Source of the DNA: Amoebophrya sp. A120
Lineage: Eukaryota; Protista; Dinoflagellata
Assembly: GCA_905178155.1 (NCBI GenBank)
Contig: CAJINV010000002.1
Coordinates: 5,802,859-5,866,858 of the forward strand
Direction: 5' to 3'
Length of the DNA stretch: 64,000 bases
Positions 50,311-62,000 of the stretch are shown here, piece after piece. A program made the translations under genes and the position numbers. Each line of letters begins with the position of its first letter. Positions within the stretch are counted from its first letter, which is position 1. The notes under the pieces are model-generated. The model saw only the letters and a list, made by a program, of their open reading frames with translations, did no database searches and was not told where the DNA came from.

Positions 50311-51284
50311 CTTTGCAGAGTGGTGAGAACTACTGTTGCGATGTTGAACAAGGTTGTCAGATCTGTGCTTCTCAGAACAAATATTCGTTTATTTTGCTGA
50401 AAAAAACAAAAGCGCCACTACGTTTTTTTGAGATAATGCTCTTAATTTCAAGAAATTGGATTCGGTCGTGGCTTTAGGACTTTTTGGAAAAAAATTGTCG
50501 CGACTATCGTCTCTTGAGAAAAAAATGTTTTCCGAGTTTGTTTCGACTGCGATTCGTTGGAGACACAAGTAGATTGATTCGTTTGGAGACAGAAGTAGAT
50601 TGCTTCGTTCGGAGACAGAAAAAACGATCGGAGCAATTCGATTTGCATTATGCCAAGAGCAGGGCTAGAGTAGAGAGTTTATTTCAGATCCCACAGACGA
50701 TGAAAGAAAAAGAATGTTTTGTTTTCCTCCAACAGAGTGTAGATCAAGCAATTTCTCATCTGTTTCTTGATTTTGGTCTTGTCAAGATGGTGCTGTTGAT
50801 TTCGATCCCGTGTATTGATGATCCTGGCGGCAATTTTTTGAACTTGCATTAGGTTGACCTGCTGGAGCAGAGGTCCGAAAACTTCTAGTTTCTTACCGCA
50901 CGAATATAAGTACACTGATTCAGGTCCATTTCACAGGACAGAGACTCCGCGCTCTTCGCTATTCTCAATCGCGGAACAGGACGACGCATGTGCATCTTCA
51001 AACGTGCACGAATTTGCTTCCCCGCCACAGTCTCATCGGCGCCTAGGCCTCTTGCTCTCTTCTCTTGTTCGAGTACTTACGGAAGAAAATGATTGTGTTC
51101 ATCAAAGCGAAAAGATAAGTGTGTCAAAAATCGCTTCTTCCACTGCAAACAGTGTGAGTAGGTACTTACTGCGCAATTCAAGTGACGTGGACTTATTGGT
51201 TTGTAAAAGAACAATGAAGAAGATTTTTAATTATTGTCAGTGGGATTACAATGAAGTTCTTCTCAACAGCGCCCTCCTGTCTCC

Positions 51285-53886
51285 TTACGCCCGCTCTTTC
51301 GAGCCCGCTCGCAACCTTTTCGGCACAAATTTCTTCCATGTCAACGGAGAGCGCTCGTCGTCATCGGAGTTCTCCTCACGCTGCCGGACCTGCGACTGCG
51401 ACCTGGACTTAGATTTGCTGCGACTGCGCTGTCGCTTCGAGGATGTGGCAGCAGTGGCGCCGGGCTTGCGCTCCTTGCACAGGAAACACTCGCTACGCAA
51501 AGCGAAGTTTACCACCCCGCACTTAGCGTTGGGCTGGCGTTTTTTCATCGATTCGTTGATATATCATGATTGGATCCCCGTCTATCATTTAGTGAACATC
51601 ATGTCGTGTTTATTCAATAATGGTCGGGACAAAAGCATGCACACGACTACTTCTTACGTGCACCGAATAGACGAAAGGCAAAAGCAATACGCAGTCCCAG
51701 TCTCCAGGCAGGCGCTTCCCGAACTTTCCTTTGCCCTTTTCTATTACACCTAAATCGGGCCACTGCTCGCGGGCCCTCTTCCACTCGCCTTCTCTGCAGA
51801 CGAGCGGACCCCACCCTCCCTTCCCGCGACGACTACTACGGCCCCGTCGGCCGCGGCTGTCGTTTCGGGGTGACGACCTGCGTCTTGGCGCTGGATGGCT
51901 GCTTGATGTTCTCTTGTCCTTCTCCCTACTTTCGTTGTCCTTAGTACTGCCATTATCTTCATGCCCTACGCCGTCCCCGGCCCCCCGAACACGTTCGTAG
52001 ATACTGGCCTTGTAGTCGCGTTTTTTGGGAGGTGGACTTCCGCTTCGCGAGCGACTTTTGATGCGGTCGCGGCTAGTTTTCTGTTCTTTGCGGTCCTCAC
52101 GACCGCTCCGTGGAGGTCCGCGGCTGTGCCGACGCGGTCCCTTGCCATAGCCGTAATCTACTCTGTCGTGGAGCCGCCAATCCCGACCGCTGTACCAGTC
52201 GTCATAACGGCGCCCACTGCGGTGCCAGTCGTCGTAGTTATAGCCGCGGTAGCCTGGTTGCTCTCTGTAGTTTCCGCTGTAGTGGTAGGTATTCTTCGCA
52301 AACGTCGCATTCCTTTTGGCGCGTTGGGAGGACGTGGTGCGGCTACGGGCAGACCGGTTGCTCTTGTTGCTCTTGCTCTTCGTCGTCCGCGGAGACGTTT
52401 TTTCCCGCTTTATTTTTTCCGCGGAAAGTTCTTTTGTCTTGCTATTTGAGCCGGTGCTTTTCTTGCTTCTCGCACTGTGGTCCCCACGACGAGCAGCGCC
52501 CTCACTTTTCTTGCTCTTCTCACTCTCCCTACTTTTACTTCTGTTCTCCTCATCGTCCCTGCTTGGAGAAGGCGAGAAGGGGTTGTTTTCGTTCTTTTTT
52601 CGCTTCGGCTTCGGGGTGGGCGTTTTCTCTTGCTTCTTGGGAGACGGAGACAAGGAGTCAGATTTCTTTCTGGACTTCTTCGATCTGGACGATGAAGCTA
52701 CTTTCTCTGCTGCGCGCACTGGACTAGGACTTCGATCGCCAGCAGGTCTTTTGTTCTTCGACGAGGCCTCCGGACTTTTCTTTTCCACCGGAGACGCACT
52801 GCGCTGTCGCTTGCGGCTGTCCGAACTACCTTTTCTTCTTTTGTCCCCTCCCCGAGCTCCTGGACTCGCACTGCTTTTCCGACGGGCTGCTCGTCCGCGC
52901 GATCGTGAGCGTCCGCGCGATCGGGAGCGTCCGCGACTGTGGTAGCGCTTGTCCGAGGAGGGCCGGCCGCCAGCGCTGCCCTTCCCCTTGCCCTGGTAAT
53001 CGTACCAGTTGGTGAAGCATCCTGTGCAAAAGTATCGCACTGCACTCGTACTAATTGCAGATATGCATGACAAATCCAACTTTCTACCTGAAATAGCATG
53101 ACAAATTGATTTTTTTTCTTGGGAAAATTTGTAATGCGTTTTATACTAGTACGATACTTTTGCAATGCATATGAAGCCGGAGGGCTTCACAAACTTCTCC
53201 TCACCCTTGGCCACCACCGCCTTCCGGTTCTTTTCGGCGCCGCAGCGAAAACATTCGTTGCGCGACGCGAAGTTGTGCTTGCCGCAACTCGAGCAGTACC
53301 AATCGCCCGCCTGGGTTTCGACAGTCATGTTTTAGGAGTCGCTCTAATCTCCTTATCTTATTCTGTTTAACAACAACATCGAACACACATGCCCAAGGTC
53401 ATAATCATGACTACACGAATGAATATCGAAGAGGTGTATTCGAAAAAAAAACTCCGATCGAGAATTTCAATTTCACCACGAGATAGTAGAACAATATTAG
53501 TCTTGTACCCGCTCCACGTACTGCTTGAATTTTCCCTTTCCCTTCCCATCCTCACTGTCCCGACGGTCCTTGTCACTGTCGTAGAAATCTGCCTTCCACC
53601 GGTCGGAATCTGGCTCGTGGAGGTCGCCTTTAGCCCGCTCACCATCTCTGCTCCTGTCACGGTCTTTCCCCTTGCCCCAGCCGCCCCCGCCGTGCGCGGC
53701 ATGATCCGAGTTGTACTTTCCCTTCCCCTTGGAAGTTGTCCAGGTGTCCGGGTGGTCGCACTCGTGCGCCTCGACGATCCGCCCGTCGGCGCGGGTGGCG
53801 TTACACTTGTAGCAAAAGTCGCGGCTGGCGAAACAAAGCACACCACACTTGCCGCAATACCAGTCCCCTGGCTTGACGGCGGGCAT
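51285..53886 (-). CDS. RanBP2-type zinc-finger, RS-rich RNA-binding protein (~701 aa, 3 fingers)
   Basis: GDWYCGKC...CYKC, GDWYCSSC...NFASRNECFRC, GDWDC|PNAKC..NFALRSECFLC; RS repeats; GT-AG intron 51534-51690; first junction (~53328-53508) is non-canonical and uncertain. Confidence 0.8.
53018..53171. mobile_element. Introner, family H
   Basis: Exact DR TGAAG; left end CA instead of TA. Confidence 0.9.
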
Positions 53887-54795
53887 GTTGACTGAGCAAG
53901 CTATTGCTGTCGTTAAGTTTTTTTCAAACAATCGATCACCAAACCGTTGCGGACGAACGCTTTTCTTTTGCTTATACTTCAGATAGCAGTTCTTGTTGTG
54001 CCACGACCGCAGCCAACATGAAACCGTCGTTCATACCCACACGGCATCTTTTGACTTTTGTAGTTTTTCGCTATTTTTTTGTGAACGAAAAATTGATGCA
54101 GCTCTTTTGGAAAATTATAGCATGGAGAAGGAAAATGAGAGACACAGAGTGAACGTCGTGATAGCCGACTTTAGAGAGCAAAGTGGTAAAGACCGCCTTC
54201 GCCGGAAAAGTGAAAATGGTAGTGCACCTTCCTGGAAAAAGCAGAAAAAAAGATCTTTTTATTTCGTTGTGCCTCGCTGCGTCGCCTCAGTACGCCACAG
54301 GTGCGGAAATCGTAGTGGAAATAGTGCTGCCAAAACGACAGCTTGAAAGAATGTTTTACCTTTACATTCGGGATAGGCAACGCATTTCGAGTTTGAAATA
54401 GACGCTGCAAGGCGAGCTCATCGTTTTTGTATTGTGATCGCGGTCATAGGCTTTCTTTTTGCAGAGTGAGAGAGAGATGTACAGGATGCCCATGCAGACT
54501 TCTTAAGGAAAATGAAAAACGCTGCGAGTACAACTCTGAAATCACTTTTCTTCTTCTCTTTTCTTGCGCCGTGGTGTCTAGCTTCGTCTTGTTCCTTGCA
54601 TCATCATACGAGAGTTGTTGTAATTTTGGTTTAGTGTTGAGGATGTGTCTACGTGCTATGGTTCTATCGGTTTATGGTCGTGATTCTTTCGAATGTCTTT
54701 TCTTCCAAATTCCTGCTCTTGTAGTTAGAATCAGGAGATGCAACATCAAAGGTCCATTCGTAAACTCAAAGCAAGTACCGGACAAAAATCAGAAC

Positions 54796-56917
54796 TCACG
54801 CCCCGACACCAGCTGCGCCCGAGCTCAGATTATCGGGCGGACTGTTCACCAAAAACTCATCGGAATTTCCTCCCACACTGGAGCTTTCCGTTTTTCCGAA
54901 ATTTTTGTTCTGCACGCGCTGCTGCATCTGCTTCACATAGTGAATTAAATTCTGTAACCCGTAGAGGTAGCCGTCGTCTTTTTCTGCATTTTTGGAGCAT
55001 TTTTTGTCCTTGGAGGTCTTGCAGCTTGCTTCGTCTTTGCTTGCTGGCTTGGTCTCTGTTGCTGTTCTTTTCTCCGCGACTACATCTTCCGTTTTCGTCT
55101 TGTCACTCTCCCGGGTTGCAGTTGCGCCCTCTTCAGCACAGTTATCTACCTCACTGTCCTCGTCAAGTTCAAATTTGCTCATGTCGATCTGGAACGCGTG
55201 CGCGAAGTCGATCAGGTAGACCCAGAAGGTGTTTACCGGATCCGCCATGTCGTACACCAGCAGCAAGGAACTGGAAAACAGCTTCCAGCGCGGGGGCAGT
55301 AGAGAAGAAGGTCGATTCTTTTCGCAAATAACTTGTGTTGCGTCACGCAGCTCATGCGCAACACAACTCGTAGCTCCTGCACCCACTTCCTCGTCCTGTT
55401 GATGTTGTTCCTGCTGGTGCGCATCATGCTTTTTATCCGACGTTACGGTTGCACCGGTCGTCGTTCCGCCCGCAGCAGAAGTTGCTGACACGACCTCACT
55501 CTCCTCCCCTGACACGTCCTTGCTGATTACCTCCCCGGACGTCGGGGATTCTAAAATTTCGTAGATCTCCTCGAGTAGCATCAAAAACTTCTGCAGCATC
55601 TTCGAGCGCAGTTCCAACTGCAATTTCTCATCCGTTTCATCCGGAATGTGCACGTCATGGTGCACGACCTCCTGCGCGACCGGCTTCTCGCCATTTAACA
55701 TCACCCCGGCTGCGTGCAGACCGTGCTGATCTTGATCTTGGACTACGACCCCTTTCTTCAGCGACACGGCTTCGATGTACTTGAAAAACAGCTCCAGGCC
55801 GTGCAGCACCGTCTTCTCGTTCAGCCGAAGACCCCACTTGCTGTCTCTCTTACTCACCCGGAAAATCTTTTCTAGACGGTTGGAAAGATCATGTTTGTGA
55901 CTAGGACCTTCTTCTTCTGCTGTCCCTTTGCCTTGGCCTGTTTCAACACCGTCATTAGCTGAGCTGCTGGTGATGTCCTCGACGGCCGCAGTACTAGCTT
56001 CGGGTGAAGATGTAGTCTTCTCTCTGTCAGCGCTAGCAACTTCCTTGCATTGTTGTACTGTGCCTGGATCTTCGTTTTTGAAATGCAGTCGCATCACTTT
56101 TGTGTATTTCATCCCCACCAGTCGAAATCCCAACTTCTCTTGCAGTGGGTACTTTTCGATGCACTTCTTGCGCTTTGACGCGCTCGCCAGCGGGTCGTAG
56201 GTTTGCTGTCCAATTTTGATGTCGCAGACACAGGGCAACAGCATGTTATGCGTCACGTCCTGCAATACCAAGTACCGGTTGGGCAACCGCTTCTGGTGCG
56301 GGCCAGATTTGTTCCGTAAATGGTCCGCGAAATACCGGTTACTCCCGGAGGTGCCCCGTTTATTCATTTTGCTGAAATCCAAAGCGCCCGAACCTCCTGT
56401 GTTGCCTGTGGTCGCGACATTGTTCAGAAAAGGCGGGATCCCGATCCGGCTGTTGTGCGGTTCGATGGACGAAAAGCCTGGATGCGACCGGACGCGTTCC
56501 ACAGGCATGGATCTTGCGGACCGGAGCAATTGTTGCCGGTACGCAGAGTTGGAGCTCGCGGCGAATATGGTGCTTGGGTCTACGACAACCGGGGGGGAAT
56601 GAACCCCCGATCGGAGCGCAGATTTCATCAGTGCGGAATTTTTTGCGGCGGCGATCAAGCCCCCCGAAGAGCCGTGCGCGGAGTGAAGCAAAGACTGGTC
56701 GAGGTTAGACCGGGAAAACGACCCCATCCTGATTGACGGAGTAGAGAGCGGCGAATCCGTCGCGTCCGAATGCTGCCCGTCCTCTTCGTCTCTGTACATG
56801 GTCTGAACCACAAGTGTGCTGTTCTGCAACTCGTCCTGTTCTATGCACTGCAAAGGAAACAAATGATGTAGCTCCTGGGTCTCCACCCGAAAGAATGTAT
56901 GAAGATCGCGCCCGGAG
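54796..56917 (-). CDS. Inositol polyphosphate kinase (IPK/IPMK superfamily) catalytic exon
   Basis: YLVLQDVT, PCVCDIKIG (PxxxDxKxG), LGFRLVGM, SSSLLLVYD, LIDFAH, DDGYLYGLQNL; no ATG or N-lobe at the 5' end, so upstream exons are expected. Confidence 0.9.
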
Positions 56918-56922
56918 GGCGA

Positions 56923-58131
56923 TATTGGTAACCAAATGCGTGCGCGAAAATCTAACCAGCGCGCGGGCCGCGCTTTCGCCGCGCGGCTGCCACCACCATT
57001 TCTTTTTAATTAGAACCCCGCTTCTTCTTCTTGAGTCGCGGGCCGCAGTTGTGCTCGCGGCCCTTATCTACTGTCGCCCGCGGCGGCCCGCGGGCTCCTG
57101 CGATAAGCATTGAAGGCGAAGTCCGGCCATCTCGCAGCGGGGCATCCTTTCGATGCCCCTTGAAAAACATGCAATTTTTTGGAGGCCACTATGCCGTCGC
57201 GCATAATGTTATGCACGACGGCAAGCTGGCTCGGAAAAAACACAAATTTCAAAAAGTTTCGCAATTTTTGTCATTTTCGGCAGCCCTTCCGGGCCACCAA
57301 AGTCGTCCATTTCAGATGCGGCGGAGGTCCCGAATTGGTGCCCACAACACCGGCCAAATGGGGATTTTGTAACATGCCTCCGCCCGATGCCAGCGCCGTT
57401 TTTTTTTTCCAATCGCGAGGGTATGACGCAAGTGCGCGCCCCCCGAACCGCCCTCGGTGGCCAGTTTGTAATGCGGCGTAGCGATTTCGTTTTTTTGCAT
57501 TTTCTTCTTGTTTTTCCGGAGACTTAGCGGCGGAAGGCCTCCGCACATTTTCCAAGTTCCCCTCCGGGCGGCGTCTGCCCATCCTGTTTGCAATTCGCAA
57601 AATTTTCCGTTTTTTTCCTTTTTTCCGGGTACCCATCGGGCGGGCGGTTCTGCACAAAATTCGACGACGCCCTTCCCCCGCCTACAGTCGGCATCTTTTT
57701 CGCGTTTTTTTCCCGCTTTTTTTCGCCGTGGCATCGGCCCTGGGTCTCCGAACAGGTCCGAAAGCCTGAATCGGCGACGAGCATCGCACCGAGGATTCGA
57801 AATTTTGCGTAGTCTTTTTTTCGGATACAGCTGCGGCCCAGAGGGAAAAACGCTGATTTTTCAGCTTCCCCCGATGCTCCGGCGCGTTTTTTCTCTGTTT
57901 TTTGCGGATGGCCGCACTTTGCTTCCGCGCACCTTCCGCGGAGCTTCCCCGCACCTGTATCCCCCGACTTCCCTGACCTTCACGCCTCCCGGCGGTTGCC
58001 CTATATGGTAACGGCAACTGCCTTCGCGCTGCGTTTGCTAAGCAATATCGCAAGAGCGCAGAGCGCGCGCGCCGGCTTCGTGGGCCGGCGCGCGCTCTGC
58101 GCGCGCGCGCGCACGCATTTGGTTACCAGAC
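56923..58131. mobile_element. 1.2-kb GC-rich IR-bounded segment, probable large intron of the IPK gene
   Basis: TGGTAACCAAATGCGTGCGCG at 56926-56946 and its reverse complement ending at 58128. Confidence 0.7.
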
Positions 58132-58499
58132 TACTGCGGACGTCGAATCATGAAACAAAAATGCACAAAGCGCGGCACAGAGACATAAGACTGTTGCGCA
58201 TTTTTGCGCGCGATCCTTCAAAACAATTGTCATGGAAGCCGTTCTACTAGAGTGCGTAGTTTCTCTATTATTCTTAGAGATATTACTGGCAAAGTCAAAG
58301 TTTCCAGACCCCGATATCACATGGTAAGGATTTCCCTTGCATATGTTGCTGCTGTCGTAAAGCGTCGAGCCGGCGCTGCGTCCCGGTCCAACTGCTTCCA
58401 CCACTGCTTCTCCGTGCTGCGATATGGAGGGAGAATGTTTTTCCAGTCAGTACTTATATAAAGTCTTTCACGTTCATGTTCATCTTCACTTCACCGTCG

Positions 58500-58905
58500 C
58501 GGAAAAAAATCGAAAAGAAAATTTGGCGCAATCTAAAAAATTCGCGATCCCTGCCGCAAAATCACACAAAAAATAAGTGCGGCTCGACCTATGTGAGGGC
58601 GGCTTGGTAGCTTGGCGTGCGGCAGAGATCGGAACAGAAATTCAGCCAAATTTTGTAAATTGGCGATACTTTCGCGCTGCAAAATGCAAAGAAAAAACCG
58701 AAAAAGCTGCGCCTCGCGTTTGAGGACGGCTTGGTAGCTCGGCGGGCGGACGAAGAACGAAAAGAAAATTTTGCAAAAATTTTGAAAATTGGCGATACTT
58801 TCGCGCTGCAAAATGACAAGAAAAACCCGAAAAAGCTGCGCTTCGCGTTTGAGGGCGGCTTGGTAGCTCGGCGGGCGGGCAAGAACGAAAAAGAAATTTT
58901 GCAAT
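58500..58905. repeat. ~128-bp tandem repeat, about 3 copies
   Basis: Units start GAGGRCGGCTTGGTAGCT at 58595, 58722, 58851, plus a diverged partial unit upstream. Confidence 0.85.
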
Positions 58906-59060
58906 CAATGAGATAGATGTACTCGACAATACTTTCCATGAGACCGACTTTGAACCCCAAAAGTAAGTAAGTACTTACAACCTGTGGGACCAAAGAAAGC
59001 GCCTGTGGCTTAAGAACACCCGGCTTGACTCAAAAAACTCTCCTGCCATCATCTGCATAC

Positions 59061-62000
59061 TTCGATGAGGAATGTGACAAAACCGGTCGGTTTTTCATCG
59101 CGATGTCATAGCTCGTTTGGTGCGAAGACACCGATAGCGGATCTAGCAGGTAACGCCGTTCCCGCCGGTATTGAGAGGAAAAATCCCCCCTCCCCATATT
59201 GAAAAAGCATGCTTTCGAAAATTTGTGTTGCTGATTTGAGGTCACGAATCACATTTGTTTTGCAAGAAGGCAAGGGCAGAAGCTTCCGCCCCATTACGGA
59301 GGCGATTCGTCATGCTGTTGGGCCTCAAGGGAATCCGTTTGCCATGCTGAACAACTAGACGCATACGCCCCTACCTAGCCTGGGGACCTGACTGCAATGC
59401 TTTCCTGCAATACAAAGCTGATTTGTGTACTCAAATCCAGCATCAGAAGTTTCGTTTTGATATGGGGACGGGGGATTTTTCCTTTTGATAGCCGGGACGG
59501 TGAGTTTTGTAGCTCGTCAACATCGTTTTTTATCCCACGGAAAAAGACCGACAGGTCATATTTGTAATGCAAAAAAAAATACACAGGAAAATCTGTCATG
59601 GGCGAGGCCATAACATCCTGTTTAGGGCATGCAATACAGATTTTTTTGTCTATTTATTTTTGCATTACAAATATGACCTGTCGGTCTTTTTCTGGGGGAT
59701 ATTTTTCACACTGTTCTCATCGATCATGCTGGTTGTACAACTCCCATGGAGACCATCCTGGTGTTCCCCCGCTGGGTTCTTATCCTTATCCCCCTGCGGC
59801 ACACCCCCGCCAACGTTATCCAGGAGTCCCTCCGGCAATAACAACGGCGTTTGGCGCTTCAGATCCTCGTCACTCAGCAGCGTTGCCTGCGAATCCCTAG
59901 CGGTTCCGAGGTCCGACAAAGCGTTTGCGCGCGAAGCAGTTCCCGCCGTGGCACCGCCGTAGGTGGTTGCGGCAGACTTTGCTTTGCTGCTCGTCGCGGA
60001 GGAGGGTTGCTCTTCAGAGAGTCGTGGGTCGTTTGGGTTATTCATTTCACGACCAAGGTCGCCACTAGTGAATTGGTGAATCTGATCTACATCTTTCTGT
60101 CTGTTCAGCATCATCTGCTCGATACTGTTTTCGTAAGTGTGTACTACCATTTGCCCTTGCGCTTTCTCCTTCGAACCCACCGGACTGTGTTGTTCGCTCT
60201 CCGTGTTGCGATCCTGATCCTCGTTCCGATCAGTTGTGGTTTCCATGTGGTCCTGTTGTCCTTGTTCTTCGGCAAGCTCGTTCAATAGATCCAATTCGTC
60301 TTGCAACTCTTGCAAATCTTGGTCGGACGCATATCCAGGAAAAAACACCCACCCCCATCCATTTTTTGCATGACAAACTACACTGCATGCAATTTATGCA
60401 TGACAAATTGGATGGGGATGCGTGTTTTTTCCTGGATAACGCAGGGCTACTCAACACCAGCGATTCCACGACGGATTCCTGATCCGAATTGTTGTTCCAG
60501 CCCCGGGTGTATCAAGTGCAAAAATGTCTGGGTCTGGAAGAATGCAACTTGTGATGCTGCGTCTGCATTATCCAAAAATCTGTATTGCATGAACAGCAAA
60601 AGAGGCCTGCTTTGGCCACGGCGGGAGGGCATTTTTCATGCGGTATAGGCATCAGAACGCCCTCACAATATCTGTGATGCTAGGGCATGCATCGCAGACA
60701 TCAGGAGTCACGCAAAATGTGCATGACAAACCTTGCATCCTTCATCCAGACCCAGACACTTTTGCATTTGATAGGGTGCCCATGCTTGTGGTCCAGTTTC
60801 TCCCCCCTCGGAATTCGTCGAATTCCTGATTGTAGTAATCGTCGGAGACTATCACACAGCAAAAAGCAGGCAGGTCATGTAATCCCAAAAAAAAGACATA
60901 GACAACAAAAAATCTGTATTGCGTGCCCTAAACAGCATGCTATCAGGTCGCCCATGGCCACAGATTCTCTGTTCATTTATTTTCGCATTACAAATTATTT
61001 GCCCTGCCTGCTTTTTTCTCTGGGATAGAGGAGGTCGGGAACAGTTCCGCCTCCAGGGAGGGAATGGCGAGGTTGACGTTGGTGGCAACAATGCCACCAG
61101 GATCCTCTTCACCAGCACCAGATCTCCCGTGAATTGAATCCGTCTCCTGATAATTGCTTTCATCTTCACTGGAGGTGGTCTTCGATTTCGTCTCCTCGCG
61201 TTTCGCCATATTGTTATCACTTTCTTGATGTGGTACTACGAACATCGGGTTCTCGACTCGGTGCAACTCCATACTGGATGCTGTGTTCTTATGGCGTTCT
61301 CAAATGTTACATTCTCAACTGTTACATGATTTGCCATGCAAAATTCCGACCAGAATCGACACGATCAAGCTCCTGCTTCGCATGACAAATTCCCGAAGGT
61401 CCAAACAGGATGAGAATCTGCGCCAAATCTGTCATGCAAAGGGCGCAGTCTTCCCCCTTTCAGTTTTGCCATTCTTGCATCGCAAATCCATGTAACAGTT
61501 GAGAATGTAACAGTTGAGAACGCCATAGTTCTTCTTGTCGTGAAGCTCTGCGCTCGTCCCAGGACTGCTTTTCTTATCGCTGTCTCTGTTGTTCTCGGCT
61601 GCAGCACTTTTGGCGAGTATCAAAGGACTGCGCTGAGCAGGAGCAGAACCACTGCCAGCCCCGCTTTTGATGTTCTCACTCTTCGCGCTTTGCGGACTTC
61701 TACTGTTTTTCGAGGAGTTCTTGCCGCTCGTCGGCAACCTCATCGTACTAGCCAGACGTGTCGAGGATTTGTGAAAGAAGTCATCCGCCAGGCCTTCGGG
61801 GGTCCTATTTTTGTCTTCTTCACGACCAGCTGCGCCACCATCTTCTTGCTCCTTCAGCTCGAAATCCAACTGATTTGGCTTCAGCACATCCTCTTCTAAG
61901 TCGTGCAAGTTGTCTGGCTCGGTGTCCTATGGATTGCAAAAGTGTCTGGGTCTGGAAGAATGCAACTTGTGATGCTATTTTTGGAATCTAAAAAAATCTG

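Noticed and set aside
50854-52945. Long + strand ORFs (299, 205, 209 aa)
   Set aside because: Largely antisense shadows of the RS-rich gene and its 3' region.
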